This document shows positions 10,701 through 21,154 of a DNA stretch of 64,000 nt, in pieces; the first letter of the stretch is position 1, and every line of letters starts with the position of its first letter. The notes beneath the pieces were generated by a model that did not search any database, was not told where the DNA came from, and saw only the letters and a list, made by a program, of their open reading frames with translations. The stretch is from positions 154,287 through 218,286 of the forward strand of contig JBIIBC010000003.1 in the NCBI GenBank assembly GCA_044239605.1. Direction: 5' to 3'. A program made the translations under genes and the position numbers. The stretch comes from Bacteroidia bacterium. GTDB taxonomy: Bacteria; Bacteroidota; Bacteroidia; UKL13-3.

Positions 10701-13700
10701 TAAATCACCATTTTTTGATTGTGCACTTTCAGCGTGAACAAACATACGTAACTTAGCATATTGACGCATATCAACAGTTGCATTTTTAAAAGCAGCTCTT
10801 GCATCTCCATCTTTTAAATTACACACTAATAAAGATAACGATTGCTCATTTAATGGAACTGATTGAGGTGAACTAAAATCAACTTGCCTATCAATACCAG
10901 GAGGTGTGGTATAGGCAATAGGACTTCTATTCTGATTTTTTTCTACATTAACGGTAGATACAACAAATTGGGTATTATCAGTAGGATCAACAGGTTTATG
11001 CTCACCACCTGTTTCCAAATTACCCGTGTATTTTCTCCAATCAGCCCTAACTAGTTGTAGGTAGGCAAAACGCAATACTGTACTATCTTGAAAGCCACGC
11101 ATAAACATTCGCATAAACCTTACAGATTTAAAATCTGTAATATCACCTACTTGTTTTTGAAATTCACGAACTGGTATTTTTAATTGATACCAAGTTTCTT
11201 CTCTTTCATCAAGATTGGCAAACTTAACTACACTTCTTACACTATCGGTTACATAATTTTTTCCTATTACAAATTTATCTTTAGCTATATCAATTTTATA
11301 TTGGAAATAAGCTTCTATATCATTTGTGGTAAAGTCCTTATTTATATCCTCCACATCTGGTTGATTAGTTGCAGCTGTGGGATATGCGGTTTCTCTTCCT
11401 TGCCCTATTACTGGTGAGTTACCTTGAGTTTGATTAAACTCTTTATACCTAGCTAATACACCCAATTGAGCACCATCGTAATCTCCGCCTAAATAATAAT
11501 GGTAGTTATCGGCCGATGGATCTTCAAAAGCTTTATTATAGGCAGTGGTGGTAGGACCAAATTTTTTGGCAACCTCTTTAATATAAACTGAATCAAAAAA
11601 AGTTCTTTCTGTTTCATCATCTAATCCATCTAATCCCACATCTTGCCTCAATCTTCTGTTCGCATCAGCATCAAAAGCATAATTAATTACAGGGTTTTTA
11701 GGAACTCTACCCCAAACTGTATTATCGGTAGCAGCAGCAATAGCTTCTGCCCCAGCCTCTTTAGCTAATCCGTTTTCAGCTGCCCTTCTATTGTCTCTTA
11801 AAATATCTTCACTTACATTTCCTAAATTAATATATAACTCACCTTTATTGTTGCTTAAAGGATTGTCTTCGTATGGATTTTGCATCCAAATTTCTATATA
11901 ATCAATATTTGATTGTTCAAAATCATTTTGGTCAATTTTGCGCATAATACCACCCCAATTACTTTGAGGATTATCAATTTGACCATTAGATAATAAATCT
12001 TTAACATTATAATTATAAGGACCTCTTTCGCTAGGATAAAAAGATAAATCGAAAGTGGGTAAAGTATTAGGTAAGCCTGGTTGAATTTTTTTACCTCTAA
12101 AAATATCAGTAACCAAAACTTGCCTAACATTATGATTCGAAATAGTAGCAGGATTATCCTTTATATGCGTAGGCATAAATGGATCATTGGAGTTATGAAA
12201 ACTTGTAGCAATCATGTACCAAGCTAGCTTGGCTCTTTTACTTCCATTTTGCAAGGTGTTAAATAAATTTCCTTCGGGAAATATATCCGGTTGTCCTTGA
12301 GGAGTACTTGCTAAAAACCAATTGTTTTGAGTTTTTAAATCAAAAGGAATTTCTGCATTTTCAAAGTTATCAATGTAACCAGTACCGCCATCGCTCAGAG
12401 CACTATTGATACCGGGAATTAATTGGGCATACTCTCCATTAAAAGCAATTGAAGAAGGTGCTTTAGTAGTAATAAAAGGGAGCCTATCAACCATCTTGGT
12501 TAAAAATCTTGAATCTCTTTTATATGAACCATCTATTCCAATTACCATATTAGAAATAGGTTCCTCGCCTGCATTAACAATTCTTGTCAATGGCTTTTCA
12601 TTCATATAAATAAAAGTAGAGCCTAATAAAAAGTCTTTATGAACTTTATAGTCTAACCTGGTACCTACTAAAGTGCGTTGCTGAACATTAAACAAGCTAT
12701 TTCCTTCACTAGATACTTTAATGGCTGCTCCTGAATTAAGCAAAGCAGTATTAACAATTCTAACTCTACCTAAACTATAATCTACTGTGTAATCAACATT
12801 TTCAGTTAACGGAGCTCCATTAGCGGTAACTTTAACTGAGCCTGGCTGGAGGTTAGTTGACCCTACTGAAATTTCATTATTTGATTGGCCTTGGTAAGAG
12901 CCCCGTAAAAAGAATTTATCGAACTGAGGTAATTGAATAGCAGCAAACTTAGTACTATCGTACAATGCTGAGTAGCAGTAATAATCGGCAAGTGCAGGAT
13001 TGTTTACAAATTTATTTTTCAAGAACTTACCAAAAGGCTCTACCGAAGGTAAAATAATTCGGCCTGATTGAGAAAGTACAGTTACCCCTTCCACATAATC
13101 AAATACACCATCCTGAACGCGCTCTTGCTGCAAGTTCATTTTATCTAAATTAAATACATTAAGTAATGCCTGATCATTAATTAATGGTTCATTTTTTACT
13201 GGTAAATAATTTAAATCGGCCCCAGAAGGATCATCTGCATAAACAATGTTCAGTCTAAAATTATTAGGCTGAATTCCAAAAGAACCTAATGAATAAATAT
13301 TTTTCATCATTAACTTCCACAATGGTAAATCAGGTCGTTGGGAAGGACCTTTTATCATTTTCAAAAACAACACATTTGGTGTTATTGGATTTGGCGCTTT
13401 ATCAGCACTAAACTCACCCACTTGAAATTCAATGCCACCAATATTTCCAGAAAAGGCAACCATCAATACATCATCATTATTCAAAGCTTGATTTAAAGAT
13501 ATAAATCCTAGTCTTGAATTGAAAGTATACTCGTTTTGATTTAATAAACGAGCTTGACCAACTACCATATATTGGCTTAAAGGCTTAAGTCCATTTACGG
13601 CTTCATCGGCATATATTTGGTTCAATACATTCTTTGACTCGTTTAACCTTGCTGCTACAGTAGGGTTAGTAATGGAACCTGTAGTTGTAGCTAAATTCCC

Positions 13701-14948
13701 CCTACCACGCAAATAACCCCAGATTCCGTTCACTTGATTACCTAAAGAAGTATCAGAACTATTAGCATTAACAGTCCAATATTTATTAACACGTTGGCTT
13801 GCTTCACCCAAATCGGCCAAACCTAGGACATCTCTAGTATTATCAAATGCATTTGTTCTGTTAGTAACCCATACTTCTACTCTAGTAATATTAACTCTAC
13901 TATTAATTATTGGTAAATTGCTTACAGCATTATCAAAATTTTGATAAAAATATTGTGATAAGAAAAAGTGACGATTCATATCATAAGCACTTGACTGAAC
14001 ATCAAATTTTGTGTTGGTAGCTCCTCCTTGAAGTTCTGTTTCAGTACTTCGGCCTCGTTGTTGAGACACAACAGCAGTAGCAGTTAACCTACCAAATTGC
14101 ATAGTAGTTTTTACCCCAAATAAACTTTGGCTACCTTGAATCAATGAAGAGTTTAAAGGTAAACTTACATTTCCTAATTCAATTTTTTTAATGATATCGT
14201 CTTCTTTACCTGCGTAGTCTAACTTCATTTGATTTTCGAATTCAAATGTAGCTTCGGTATCGTAGTTCATATTCACTTTAACTTTATCGCCAACAGAACC
14301 AGCCACATTTAACTGAATTTTTTGTTGAAAATCAAATTGTGAAGTACTTTGCTGACGTAATGAAAATGCTGGATTACGAACTTCGTTTCCTTTGTATGAA
14401 AATATTAATTCTGCATTTCCTCTTGGTCTAATGTCAATAACAGAGCTTCCAAATATTTTATCAAATATTTTATTAGGAATCATGATTGGAGGTATTAAGC
14501 TACTTCCTTTTGCAAAATTATTGGCTTGACTTCTTTGATTAAAATATTGTTTATTGGCTCGTTTATTTTCATTTTTTAAACGCTCTTTAATACTTTCACT
14601 TGCAGGAATTTTAGTATTAAAACCACCTACTTTAGACGAAAAGTTATATTTATTTTTTTCCTTATCTAATTCATAAACCGACTTAATATTAGGAGGATCA
14701 TTTAAATCAAATGGATTTTTACTTCCACTAATTTCCCAAGGCTTTTTATCCTTAATAGGAAAAGGCATTTTGATTTTTTTATTGGTTGTATCCTTTTTAT
14801 TTGTGCTGTCAGGAGGCAGGATAGTAAAATCCTTATTTTGGCGCATAGTACGAACACTTCCGGCAGAAACCAGACCAAAAGCCATACTACTTAAAATAGC
14901 AAAAAGGCTTATATGGGAAAGATGTATTTTGGGTATTTTACTTAACAA
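7716..14948 (-). CDS. sprA: T9SS outer-membrane translocon SprA/Sov
   Basis: 2410 aa; NYDTEATFEFEN, KKIELGNVSLP, SLIQGSQSLFGVKT, FKSVRFMRMF, EVWFNELR; adjacent to ruvA as usual in Bacteroidota. Confidence 0.96.
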   Translation of the reverse strand: MLSKIPKIHLSHISLFAILSSMAFGLVSAGSVRTMRQNKDFTILPPDSTNKKDTTNKKIKMPFPIKDKKPWEISGSKNPFDLNDPPNIKSVYELDKEKNKYNFSSKVGGFNTKIPASESIKERLKNENKRANKQYFNQRSQANNFAKGSSLIPPIMIPNKIFDKIFGSSVIDIRPRGNAELIFSYKGNEVRNPAFSLRQQSTSQFDFQQKIQLNVAGSVGDKVKVNMNYDTEATFEFENQMKLDYAGKEDDIIKKIELGNVSLPLNSSLIQGSQSLFGVKTTMQFGRLTATAVVSQQRGRSTETELQGGATNTKFDVQSSAYDMNRHFFLSQYFYQNFDNAVSNLPIINSRVNITRVEVWVTNRTNAFDNTRDVLGLADLGEASQRVNKYWTVNANSSDTSLGNQVNGIWGYLRGRGNLATTTGSITNPTVAARLNESKNVLNQIYADEAVNGLKPLSQYMVVGQARLLNQNEYTFNSRLGFISLNQALNNDDVLMVAFSGNIGGIEFQVGEFSADKAPNPITPNVLFLKMIKGPSQRPDLPLWKLMMKNIYSLGSFGIQPNNFRLNIVYADDPSGADLNYLPVKNEPLINDQALLNVFNLDKMNLQQERVQDGVFDYVEGVTVLSQSGRIILPSVEPFGKFLKNKFVNNPALADYYCYSALYDSTKFAAIQLPQFDKFFLRGSYQGQSNNEISVGSTNLQPGSVKVTANGAPLTENVDYTVDYSLGRVRIVNTALLNSGAAIKVSSEGNSLFNVQQRTLVGTRLDYKVHKDFLLGSTFIYMNEKPLTRIVNAGEEPISNMVIGIDGSYKRDSRFLTKMVDRLPFITTKAPSSIAFNGEYAQLIPGINSALSDGGTGYIDNFENAEIPFDLKTQNNWFLASTPQGQPDIFPEGNLFNTLQNGSKRAKLAWYMIATSFHNSNDPFMPTHIKDNPATISNHNVRQVLVTDIFRGKKIQPGLPNTLPTFDLSFYPSERGPYNYNVKDLLSNGQIDNPQSNWGGIMRKIDQNDFEQSNIDYIEIWMQNPYEDNPLSNNKGELYINLGNVSEDILRDNRRAAENGLAKEAGAEAIAAATDNTVWGRVPKNPVINYAFDADANRRLRQDVGLDGLDDETERTFFDSVYIKEVAKKFGPTTTAYNKAFEDPSADNYHYYLGGDYDGAQLGVLARYKEFNQTQGNSPVIGQGRETAYPTAATNQPDVEDINKDFTTNDIEAYFQYKIDIAKDKFVIGKNYVTDSVRSVVKFANLDEREETWYQLKIPVREFQKQVGDITDFKSVRFMRMFMRGFQDSTVLRFAYLQLVRADWRKYTGNLETGGEHKPVDPTDNTQFVVSTVNVEKNQNRSPIAYTTPPGIDRQVDFSSPQSVPLNEQSLSLLVCNLKDGDARAAFKNATVDMRQYAKLRMFVHAESAQSKNGDLRAFIRFGTDMVNNYYEYEIPLNLSTPGTADKANVWGNEMVITLEDLVDAKIARNNASWAFTLPYSVQKGNAKITVVGMPDFSQARVFMLGIRNPKKQNGSLTDNGLPVCGEVWFNELRMTEFNVRGGWAANGRLQAKLADFGNVQLTGSIITNGWGGVDKKLQQRAMDDTYKYDISSNFELGKFFPAKSGLSIPFFFSYGSTIIRPLYNPLNMDTKLQKELDQTTNQERKTFISRATDDYSSQRAFNFTNVRKNRIGSKKAYPWDLENLTATFSFSENFRRNQQYESYLLQNYQTIVGYNYTFTNKPFEPFSKLIKSKNLALIKDINFNFLPSNLGARVQVDRRYGETINRTNDNTGGSVFIPAFYDKLYTMRRTYDLGWQFTKSIRFDYNAIADARIDEPNGRIDETQQAKRDTIFNNLWKGGRLTQFDQNVRASYNLPINKLPLLDFISQSNYSYSVNYQWRQAPPAADSLGNTIQNSRQQQVNVGANFTILYNKLKFLRDINTPPTISKPKPKAISNDKNKKGGKEEVDKEEKPAKELNPVVKTFFKLLMGVKNLNGSYTISDGTMLPGFRPRPDFIGQNTDLSAPGYGFILGDQNSNYRFDAAKNGWLANDSRMNNQFAQNIQEKISGTLTLDPIEDLRIVLNVDRSTQKNTTSIFRFNDLDNSFKDFGFQESGSFSTTFSTINTAFSVDNAQGISQVFKQFENNRKEISERLAIEKFGSTQGLLRDSFDYIVGYSRYSQDVLIPAFLSAYSGSSASNAELSAFPKIPIPNWSVNYNGLTKLSFIKNWASNIALSHRYSSTYTVNNFLSPSSIPLDTAAGQTDIQSQYVIKNVSITERFAPLLGIEVTLTNNLTTSFRYIKDRTLNLALGSRQLNEQLGEELSFGVGYRAKKLKIPFGRSRQLVLENDLNFRLDFSMRENVTKIRNLDRESNEPVSGQTIYSLRPTIEYQINEKLQLRIFYDRRQTNPLTSNQYPTVISSGGFSLRYTIQ

Positions 14949-14999
14949 TGTAGAGTTTATCCATCGGCTAATATTCGAACTTTTATTTAAAATAAAAAA

Positions 15000-15587
15000 C
15001 TATAATTGTTTAAGTGATTGTTTTACTAATTGCTCTACTGTAAATTCAGGGTTTGATTGGCGAATTTTAACCAATACTTTTTCAGCATCATTTTTAACAA
15101 AACCCAATGATATTAATGCCGATAGCGCTTGTTCCACCATTGTATTTCGTACCCCATTAGTGGTATTTTGAGGTTCATTTAAATTAATCATTTTTACTTT
15201 ATCTTGTAAATCAATAACTAATCGTTGAGCTGTTTTAGGTCCAATGCCTTTAATTGATTTCAATAAAGTCCAATTTCCTGTTCCAATAGCATGTTTTATT
15301 TCAGAAGGTTTTAATGAAGATAAAATCATTCGAGCGGTATTGGTTCCAACACCATTAACTGAAATCAATTGCAAAAACAACTGCTTTTCGTCCTCATCTG
15401 CAAAGCCATACAAAATATGAGAATCTTCCTTAATACTTAAATGTGTAAGTAATTTTACTTCATTTAAAGTGCTAATTTGCTCAAAAGTATTTAATGAAAT
15501 TTGAATTCCATATCCTACTCCATTACAATCTATTACAATATATGCTGGCGTCTTTTCGCTAATTTTACCTTGAATATGTGCTATCAC
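15000..15587 (-). CDS. ruvA: Holliday junction branch migration protein RuvA
   Basis: IDCNGVGY, LYGF, LISVNGVG, IKGIGPKTAQRL, ALSALISLGF. Confidence 0.97.
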   Translation of the reverse strand: MIAHIQGKISEKTPAYIVIDCNGVGYGIQISLNTFEQISTLNEVKLLTHLSIKEDSHILYGFADEDEKQLFLQLISVNGVGTNTARMILSSLKPSEIKHAIGTGNWTLLKSIKGIGPKTAQRLVIDLQDKVKMINLNEPQNTTNGVRNTMVEQALSALISLGFVKNDAEKVLVKIRQSNPEFTVEQLVKQSLKQL

Positions 15588-15659
15588 TATATTTCTTTTT
15601 CAAATAAGGGTGCTAAAATATAAAATGTTTTTAATTTTGCTTAGTAAATTAAATAATAT

Positions 15660-15974
15660 ATGTATCTAACAATCAAATATTTTATTCTTTTTGTTTTTTT
15701 TATGGTTTGTTTTAAAATATCAAATGGTCAAAACCAAACGAAAAAAGTAAAAGAATATTATGAAAATGGATTATTAAAAACTAAAGGCAAGTTAAAAAAC
15801 GACTTAAAAACTGGTATTTGGTTTTATTATACTGATAACGGGGCACTGATTCAGAAAGAGTATTGGAAAAAAGGAAAATTAAATTTCACCATAAAAATTA
15901 ACAAAAAACATAAGGCATATGAAATATTATACCCCAATGGTAATGTTAAAAAATTAAGAACCTGCGGTTGTTAA
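15660..15974 (+). CDS. Small secreted MORN-variant repeat protein
   Basis: Signal peptide; EYYENGLLKTKG...GIWFYYTDNG repeats; TAATTTTG box at 15632-15639. Confidence 0.65.
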   Translation: MYLTIKYFILFVFFMVCFKISNGQNQTKKVKEYYENGLLKTKGKLKNDLKTGIWFYYTDNGALIQKEYWKKGKLNFTIKINKKHKAYEILYPNGNVKKLRTCGC

Positions 15975-15976
15975 TT

Positions 15977-16822
15977 TTATTTACTTATTATTTGATAAAA
16001 AAGTTCGTTAGGATTAAGCATTGAATTATGTTCTTTTTCTTCTAATTCTTGCTCTTGTTTTTCTTGTTCTGTTTCTGGCTCTTTTACATAATGATGAAGT
16101 TGCCACATACCCTCATTGTATTCTAAGGCTGTTAAATTTTCTACCCAATCGCCACTATTTAAATAGGTTACTGTTCCTAAATCTGTGCTTACAGTTTTTA
16201 TACTTGGCTGATGTATATGACCACAAATTACATAATCATATTTTTTTTGAATTGCTAATTGAATAGTTGTTTCCTCAAAATCATCAATAAACTTAATAGC
16301 GCTTTTTACACCTTGCTTCACTTTTTTTGAAAAAGAAAGTCTTCCTTTTCCTAATATTTTTTCAGAAATAAAATTAACTATACTATTCAAAATAATCAAC
16401 AAATCATAGCCTTTCCCTCCTAATTTAGCTAACCATTTGCTATGTTTCATGCTGATATCAAACACATCACCATGAAAAAACCATGCACGTTTTCCATCCA
16501 AATCTAACACTAGTTTATTGAGCAATTGCATATTCCCTAAGTTAAAATCAGTAAATCTTCGCAGCATTTCATCATGATTGCCTGTTAAATAATAAACTTT
16601 AGTTCCATTGGCAAGCATTTTAAAAATTCGTTGTACTACTTTGGTATGGCTTTGAGGCCAATAGTGTTTACTAAATTGCCATATATCAATTATATCGCCA
16701 TTGAGTACTAGTATTTCAGGGTCTATGGATTTGAGGTATTTATTAACTGCCTTAGCTTGACAACCGTATGTTCCGAGGTGAATATCGGAAACAACAGCTA
16801 ATTTTAATTTACGCTTGCTCAT
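15977..16822 (-). CDS. Metallophosphoesterase, LpxH-like UDP-2,3-diacylglucosamine diphosphatase family
   Basis: SDIHLG, LNGDIID, GNHDE, HGD, CGHIH, YLNSGDWVEN. Confidence 0.85.
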   Translation of the reverse strand: MSKRKLKLAVVSDIHLGTYGCQAKAVNKYLKSIDPEILVLNGDIIDIWQFSKHYWPQSHTKVVQRIFKMLANGTKVYYLTGNHDEMLRRFTDFNLGNMQLLNKLVLDLDGKRAWFFHGDVFDISMKHSKWLAKLGGKGYDLLIILNSIVNFISEKILGKGRLSFSKKVKQGVKSAIKFIDDFEETTIQLAIQKKYDYVICGHIHQPSIKTVSTDLGTVTYLNSGDWVENLTALEYNEGMWQLHHYVKEPETEQEKQEQELEEKEHNSMLNPNELFYQIISK

Positions 16823-16952
16823 GTAAAAAAGTTTTACAAACTTCTGCTTTTTTACCCAATCCTACATCATATTAATGTTAAGTAATTAATTATTTAACAT
16901 TATGGTTAATAAAAACAATGCTACATGTACCTTTTAATAAATATATTTGGAC

Positions 16953-17336
16953 ATGATTTTTAAACATTTAAAAACATATAAACTAGCTTACATTTGGGCT
17001 ATAATTGTTACTTGTCTTTGTGGTACTAATGGCAATAATTTACCGCATTTTGAGTTTTCCAGTTTATTAAGAATTGATAAAATAGCCCACCTATTTTTAT
17101 TTGGTACAGAAACATATTTAATTGCCATTGCATCTAAAAAAAATAATATTTTGAAGAGTAACTTTAGTATTATTTTTCCTGCATTTTTAATTGGTGCTGT
17201 ATTTGGAGTAATTATAGAAATTTTACAAGCTACTGTTTTCCCAAATCGTTCATTTGACTATTTGGATATGGTTGCTAATACTATTGGCTGTTTACTAGCT
17301 TGGGTTATTTTAAATTGGAAGTTTAAATTAAACTAA
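16953..17336 (+). CDS. VanZ family membrane protein
   Basis: DKIAHLFLF, IEILQ...RSFDYLDMVANTIG. Confidence 0.88.
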   Translation: MIFKHLKTYKLAYIWAIIVTCLCGTNGNNLPHFEFSSLLRIDKIAHLFLFGTETYLIAIASKKNNILKSNFSIIFPAFLIGAVFGVIIEILQATVFPNRSFDYLDMVANTIGCLLAWVILNWKFKLN

Positions 17337-17574
17337 TCATTGACTTTGTAGCTATTAGAGTAACCATTAAAAGTTGTTGTATTTATTTCAAGGAATTTAC
17401 TTAATTAATGCTGATATCAGTATTCACAAATATTTATTTTTATGTTACTAAAAAATACAACTTATTTCTTAACTAAAAGTTATTTCTTCAAAAGGAAAGA
17501 TTGTTGTAAGAAATTTTTATAGCTATCAAATTTTTAATAACTTTGGCTTAAGGCATACAGTATCATTTAACTAG

Positions 17575-18321
17575 TCAAATAATCCGTTTAACAATTCGCA
17601 ACTTATGGCTATACTTTCGAGTTTCAGAATTCATGATGCCATAATTATCTATTTTATCAATTCTTACCTTACCATTTGCATGAATTATTTGCCCATTTTC
17701 TAGCAGTATGCCTACATGAATAATTTTACCTTCATCATTATCAAAAAATGCTAAATCACCTATTTTCGATTCTTCTAAAAAAGCCAAGGTTTCGCCTTGT
17801 TCAGCTTGTTGGTAGGCATCTCTTTTCAGGAATATTCCATTTTGCGCAAAAACAGTTTGAGTAAAGCCACTACAATCAATTCCCCATGGAGTTTTTCCGC
17901 CCCACAAATAGGGCGTATTTAAATATTGTAAAGCTGTTTGTTCCAAACCTACCTGCTTATTCGTTTCAACCAAATTGGTAATAATATTATATCCCCCCAC
18001 TTTAAATTGAGTTGACGAATAAATGATACTTCCTGTGCTAATGTACATTGGAGTTTCATTTACTAAAATTTTTAAAAAAGGATACTCTAGAACAACTTTG
18101 GGATTTTCCAAACTTAGCCAATCAGATTCGTTAATTATCTCAGCTTGCGTATCGTTAATCCATCCTATATATTTATCATCAATGGTTTCAATTTTCAACC
18201 AATTAGGTTGTGTGTGTAACACGATATACTTTTGTCCAAATAGCAATTGGCTAACCATTTCACTCTTGCTACTTGGCTCACTTCTAAGTGGGATAATCGG
18301 AATTAAACTAATACCAAACAT
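17575..18321 (-). CDS. NlpC/P60 (C40) peptidase with N-terminal SH3
   Basis: PLRSEPS..SEMVSQLLFG; PYLWGG..PWGIDCSG; HVGI. Confidence 0.92.
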   Translation of the reverse strand: MFGISLIPIIPLRSEPSSKSEMVSQLLFGQKYIVLHTQPNWLKIETIDDKYIGWINDTQAEIINESDWLSLENPKVVLEYPFLKILVNETPMYISTGSIIYSSTQFKVGGYNIITNLVETNKQVGLEQTALQYLNTPYLWGGKTPWGIDCSGFTQTVFAQNGIFLKRDAYQQAEQGETLAFLEESKIGDLAFFDNDEGKIIHVGILLENGQIIHANGKVRIDKIDNYGIMNSETRKYSHKLRIVKRII

Positions 18322-18375
18322 TTTTTTTAAAAACTTAAAATTTATTGTTTATTTGCGTCAAAGCTATTAAAAAAA

Positions 18376-18720
18376 ATGAACAATATTGACCTTACCTATT
18401 TAAAAGAGATTTCTGGCGGAGACGATTCGTTTATTAGAGAAATGTTAGATTTATTTATAAACACTACAGCCATTGAAGTGAATGAATTTGACCACCACCT
18501 AGCAGTTGGAGATTATGTAGCAATTGGCCAATTAGCTCATAAAATGAAAGCTCCAATACAAATGATTGGTGCAAGTGAACTTTTTGACAAACTAAAAGAA
18601 ATTGAAAAAATTGGTAAGAATGGCGTTAGTACTGATGTAATTCCAAATATGATTAATGAGGTTAAAGTAAAAATTGCAAACTTAGCAACTGAAATTAATG
18701 AACTATTGGCTACTATGTAA
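18376..18720 (+). CDS. Stand-alone Hpt phosphotransfer protein
   Basis: DLTYLKEISGGD..FIREML..F; LAHKMKA. Confidence 0.85.
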   Translation: MNNIDLTYLKEISGGDDSFIREMLDLFINTTAIEVNEFDHHLAVGDYVAIGQLAHKMKAPIQMIGASELFDKLKEIEKIGKNGVSTDVIPNMINEVKVKIANLATEINELLATM

Positions 18721-18794
18721 TTAGGTACCTTTTTACAAATAAACACCCCATCAATTTATTTCAGTTTCTAAATTTTATTAACTCAAATTTTTAT

Positions 18795-19622
18795 ATGACC
18801 AAATACAAAGTTTTCCAAATTAACTGCGGTGCCGATTTAACTGATATTTTAATAGCTGAATTAGCCGAAATTGGCTTTGAAGGATTTTTGGAAAATGAAA
18901 CGGGTTTTGAAGCTTATTTACTAGAGAGTGAATTTAATGAAAATTTATTCAAAGAAATAATAAGTAATTATGATTTAGTCCAAAATCAAATAATTGAAAA
19001 TACCATTCCTCAGCAAAATTGGAATGCCCAATGGGAAAGTAGTTTTGAGCCTGTTATAGTTAGCAATCAATTAATTATTAAAGCACCTTTCCATCAAATT
19101 GAACAAAAATATCCTTACGAAATAATTATTCAACCTAAAACCTCGTTTGGAACAGGCCACCATGAAACCACACAAAGTATCATGGAATTAATGCTTAAAA
19201 TGGAATTTAAAAATAAAACCGTTTTTGATTATGGTTGCGGCACAGGGGTTTTGGCCATTTTAGCTTCGCAATTAGGAGCTACCAACATTTTTGCCAACGA
19301 TATTGACGATTGGGCATTTGAAAATGTAGGTGAAAATGCAGCCATGAATAATATTAAAAATATTGACTATCAAAAAGGCGATTTAAGCATTGTTCCTAAT
19401 ACCGAATACGATATTATTTTAGCCAATATCAATAAAAATATTTTACTAAAAAGTTTTGAGCAATTAAGCAAACACGTTAAAGCAAATGGAATAATTTTAA
19501 TAAGTGGTTTTTATGAATCTGATTTGCCTGATTTGTTAAATTGCTGCCAAGCTTTTGGCCTACATTTACAACAAAAAGTAGTTACCAATAATTGGTGTGC
19601 GGCAGTGTTAAACAATCAATAA
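18795..19622 (+). CDS. prmA: Ribosomal protein L11 methyltransferase
   Basis: NWNAQWE, PKTSFGTGHHETT, DYGCGTGVLAI, ILANIN. Confidence 0.95.
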   Translation: MTKYKVFQINCGADLTDILIAELAEIGFEGFLENETGFEAYLLESEFNENLFKEIISNYDLVQNQIIENTIPQQNWNAQWESSFEPVIVSNQLIIKAPFHQIEQKYPYEIIIQPKTSFGTGHHETTQSIMELMLKMEFKNKTVFDYGCGTGVLAILASQLGATNIFANDIDDWAFENVGENAAMNNIKNIDYQKGDLSIVPNTEYDIILANINKNILLKSFEQLSKHVKANGIILISGFYESDLPDLLNCCQAFGLHLQQKVVTNNWCAAVLNNQ

Positions 19623-19653
19623 CTTAGAAATATCAATTCGATACTTAAGAAAA

Positions 19654-20301
19654 CTAACTTAAGGTAAAAAACTCAGTTTTTTCGGTAGTATGCGAGCGTA
19701 ATATGCCTGCGCTCACCAAGTTAATCAACATCTTTTGAGCTCGCCAACGGCCAATGTTTAGTAATTTTGAAACTTCTTTTAAAGTAATTTTATTATTGGT
19801 GTTTAAATATTGCAATAAACCTTGCTCATGTTTACTGTAAGCTATAAAAGTATTGGTATGATTAGTTTGACGTTTCAATACATCTAATACAATTTTGCTA
19901 GCCAATAAAGTTTTATCAGCTATACGAATATGTGCCCACCATTTACCATTTTCATCTTTGGCATAATAAGGTTTGTCGTTTCCTTCGGGAATAATGCATT
20001 CAATAACCGTTTTACCGCCTATCTCCCACTCTACCAAAGTTATTTTTATTTCGGGTTTGCAGTAAAAACTTGCGGCCAAATCAAGCATATATTTTTCATC
20101 TTCACTTTTTACTCCAGCAATGGTTTTATTATCATTAACTCCTACTAGCAAAGTTCCACCTTTGTGGTTAGCAAAAGCTGCCATGGTTTTAGCTATTTTA
20201 TTGGCAGAAGAAATGGTTTTTTTAAAATCCAATTGCTCTCCTTCGCCTCTACTTATTAGCTGCATTACATGCGGAAACGATATGTTTTTATGAAAACTCA
20301 A
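19654..20301 (-). CDS. AlbA_2 (Schlafen-like) domain protein with C-terminal wHTH
   Basis: GEGEQLDFK, AAFANHKGGTLLVGVND. Confidence 0.82.
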   Translation of the reverse strand: MSFHKNISFPHVMQLISRGEGEQLDFKKTISSANKIAKTMAAFANHKGGTLLVGVNDNKTIAGVKSEDEKYMLDLAASFYCKPEIKITLVEWEIGGKTVIECIIPEGNDKPYYAKDENGKWWAHIRIADKTLLASKIVLDVLKRQTNHTNTFIAYSKHEQGLLQYLNTNNKITLKEVSKLLNIGRWRAQKMLINLVSAGILRSHTTEKTEFFTLS

Positions 20302-20510
20302 GACAAAAATTTTACTTAACTAATACATTTATTTAGGTCTAATTTAAAACATTATGCAAACAAATAAGTTTTTATGAAAAATGCGCTATTTAAAATTTAA
20401 ATATTTGATTCATTTATCAATAAAATTTTTATATCATATATTTTAAATATATTTAGTTAATACCAACACAAATTCTACATTTGAACTAAACAAAAAACAT
20501 TCAATCAATT

Positions 20511-20795
20511 ATGGATACAACATTTGAAATTATTGAAAAAGAAGCAATCGAGGCACTAAAATTTCCGCACGAAGAAGTTTTAAAAGATGTTGAGAAAATT
20601 AAAGATAGAACTGACAATTTAAACAAAGCACTGTCGCTTGGAAATTTAGAGCATTTTAAAATAAAAATATATTTTGAAGACAATACAAAAAAACGCATGG
20701 TTGATACCACTGTTTGGGGCTTAACGGAAGAACGAGTTATTTTAAAACAAGGATTAGTAATACCAATTGAAAGAATCCATAAACTAGAATTATAG
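20511..20795 (+). CDS. Conserved Bacteroidota hypothetical protein
   Basis: ALSLGNLEHFKIKIYF..VDTTVWG..LKQGLVIPI; TACATTTG box at 20476-20483. Confidence 0.75.
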   Translation: MDTTFEIIEKEAIEALKFPHEEVLKDVEKIKDRTDNLNKALSLGNLEHFKIKIYFEDNTKKRMVDTTVWGLTEERVILKQGLVIPIERIHKLEL

Positions 20796-20821
20796 TTTAT
20801 ATTGTACCAATAAATAGCCAG

Positions 20822-21154
20822 TTACAATTGCAACTCCAAATTTGGATCCCAAAAATGGTTCTTAAAATCTTTTATTTGGTTATTTTCAATAACAAAACCT
20901 TCGCCTTCAAGCAGTTCTTGCATGGTGTTACTACCAAAATGGTGTTTTCCTGTTAGCAAACCATTCCTATTCACTACTCTATGAGCAGGAATTGAAGGGA
21001 TTAATTGATGGCTTGCATTCATGGCATAACCCACCATTCGGCTACTTTTGGCACTACCTAAATACTTAGCTATGGCGCCATAACTAGTTGCCCTTCCAAA
21101 AGGAATTTGCCTTACCACATCAAATACATTGTCAAAAAAGGTGTACTTATCCAA
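20822..21154 (-). CDS. Alkyltransferase-like (ATL/MGMT family) DNA-binding protein
   Basis: IPFGRATSYGAIA, SRMVG; PAHRVV in place of the catalytic PCHRV. Confidence 0.88.
   Translation of the reverse strand: MDKYTFFDNVFDVVRQIPFGRATSYGAIAKYLGSAKSSRMVGYAMNASHQLIPSIPAHRVVNRNGLLTGKHHFGSNTMQELLEGEGFVIENNQIKDFKNHFWDPNLELQL

Noticed and set aside
7716-15587. sprA-ruvA adjacency as a novel link
   Set aside because: Common gene order in Bacteroidota; no evidence here of functional coupling.
19654-20301. Schlafen/AlbA_2 protein as an anti-phage system
   Set aside because: Short stand-alone gene in a housekeeping context with no defence neighbours; nothing here supports the claim.
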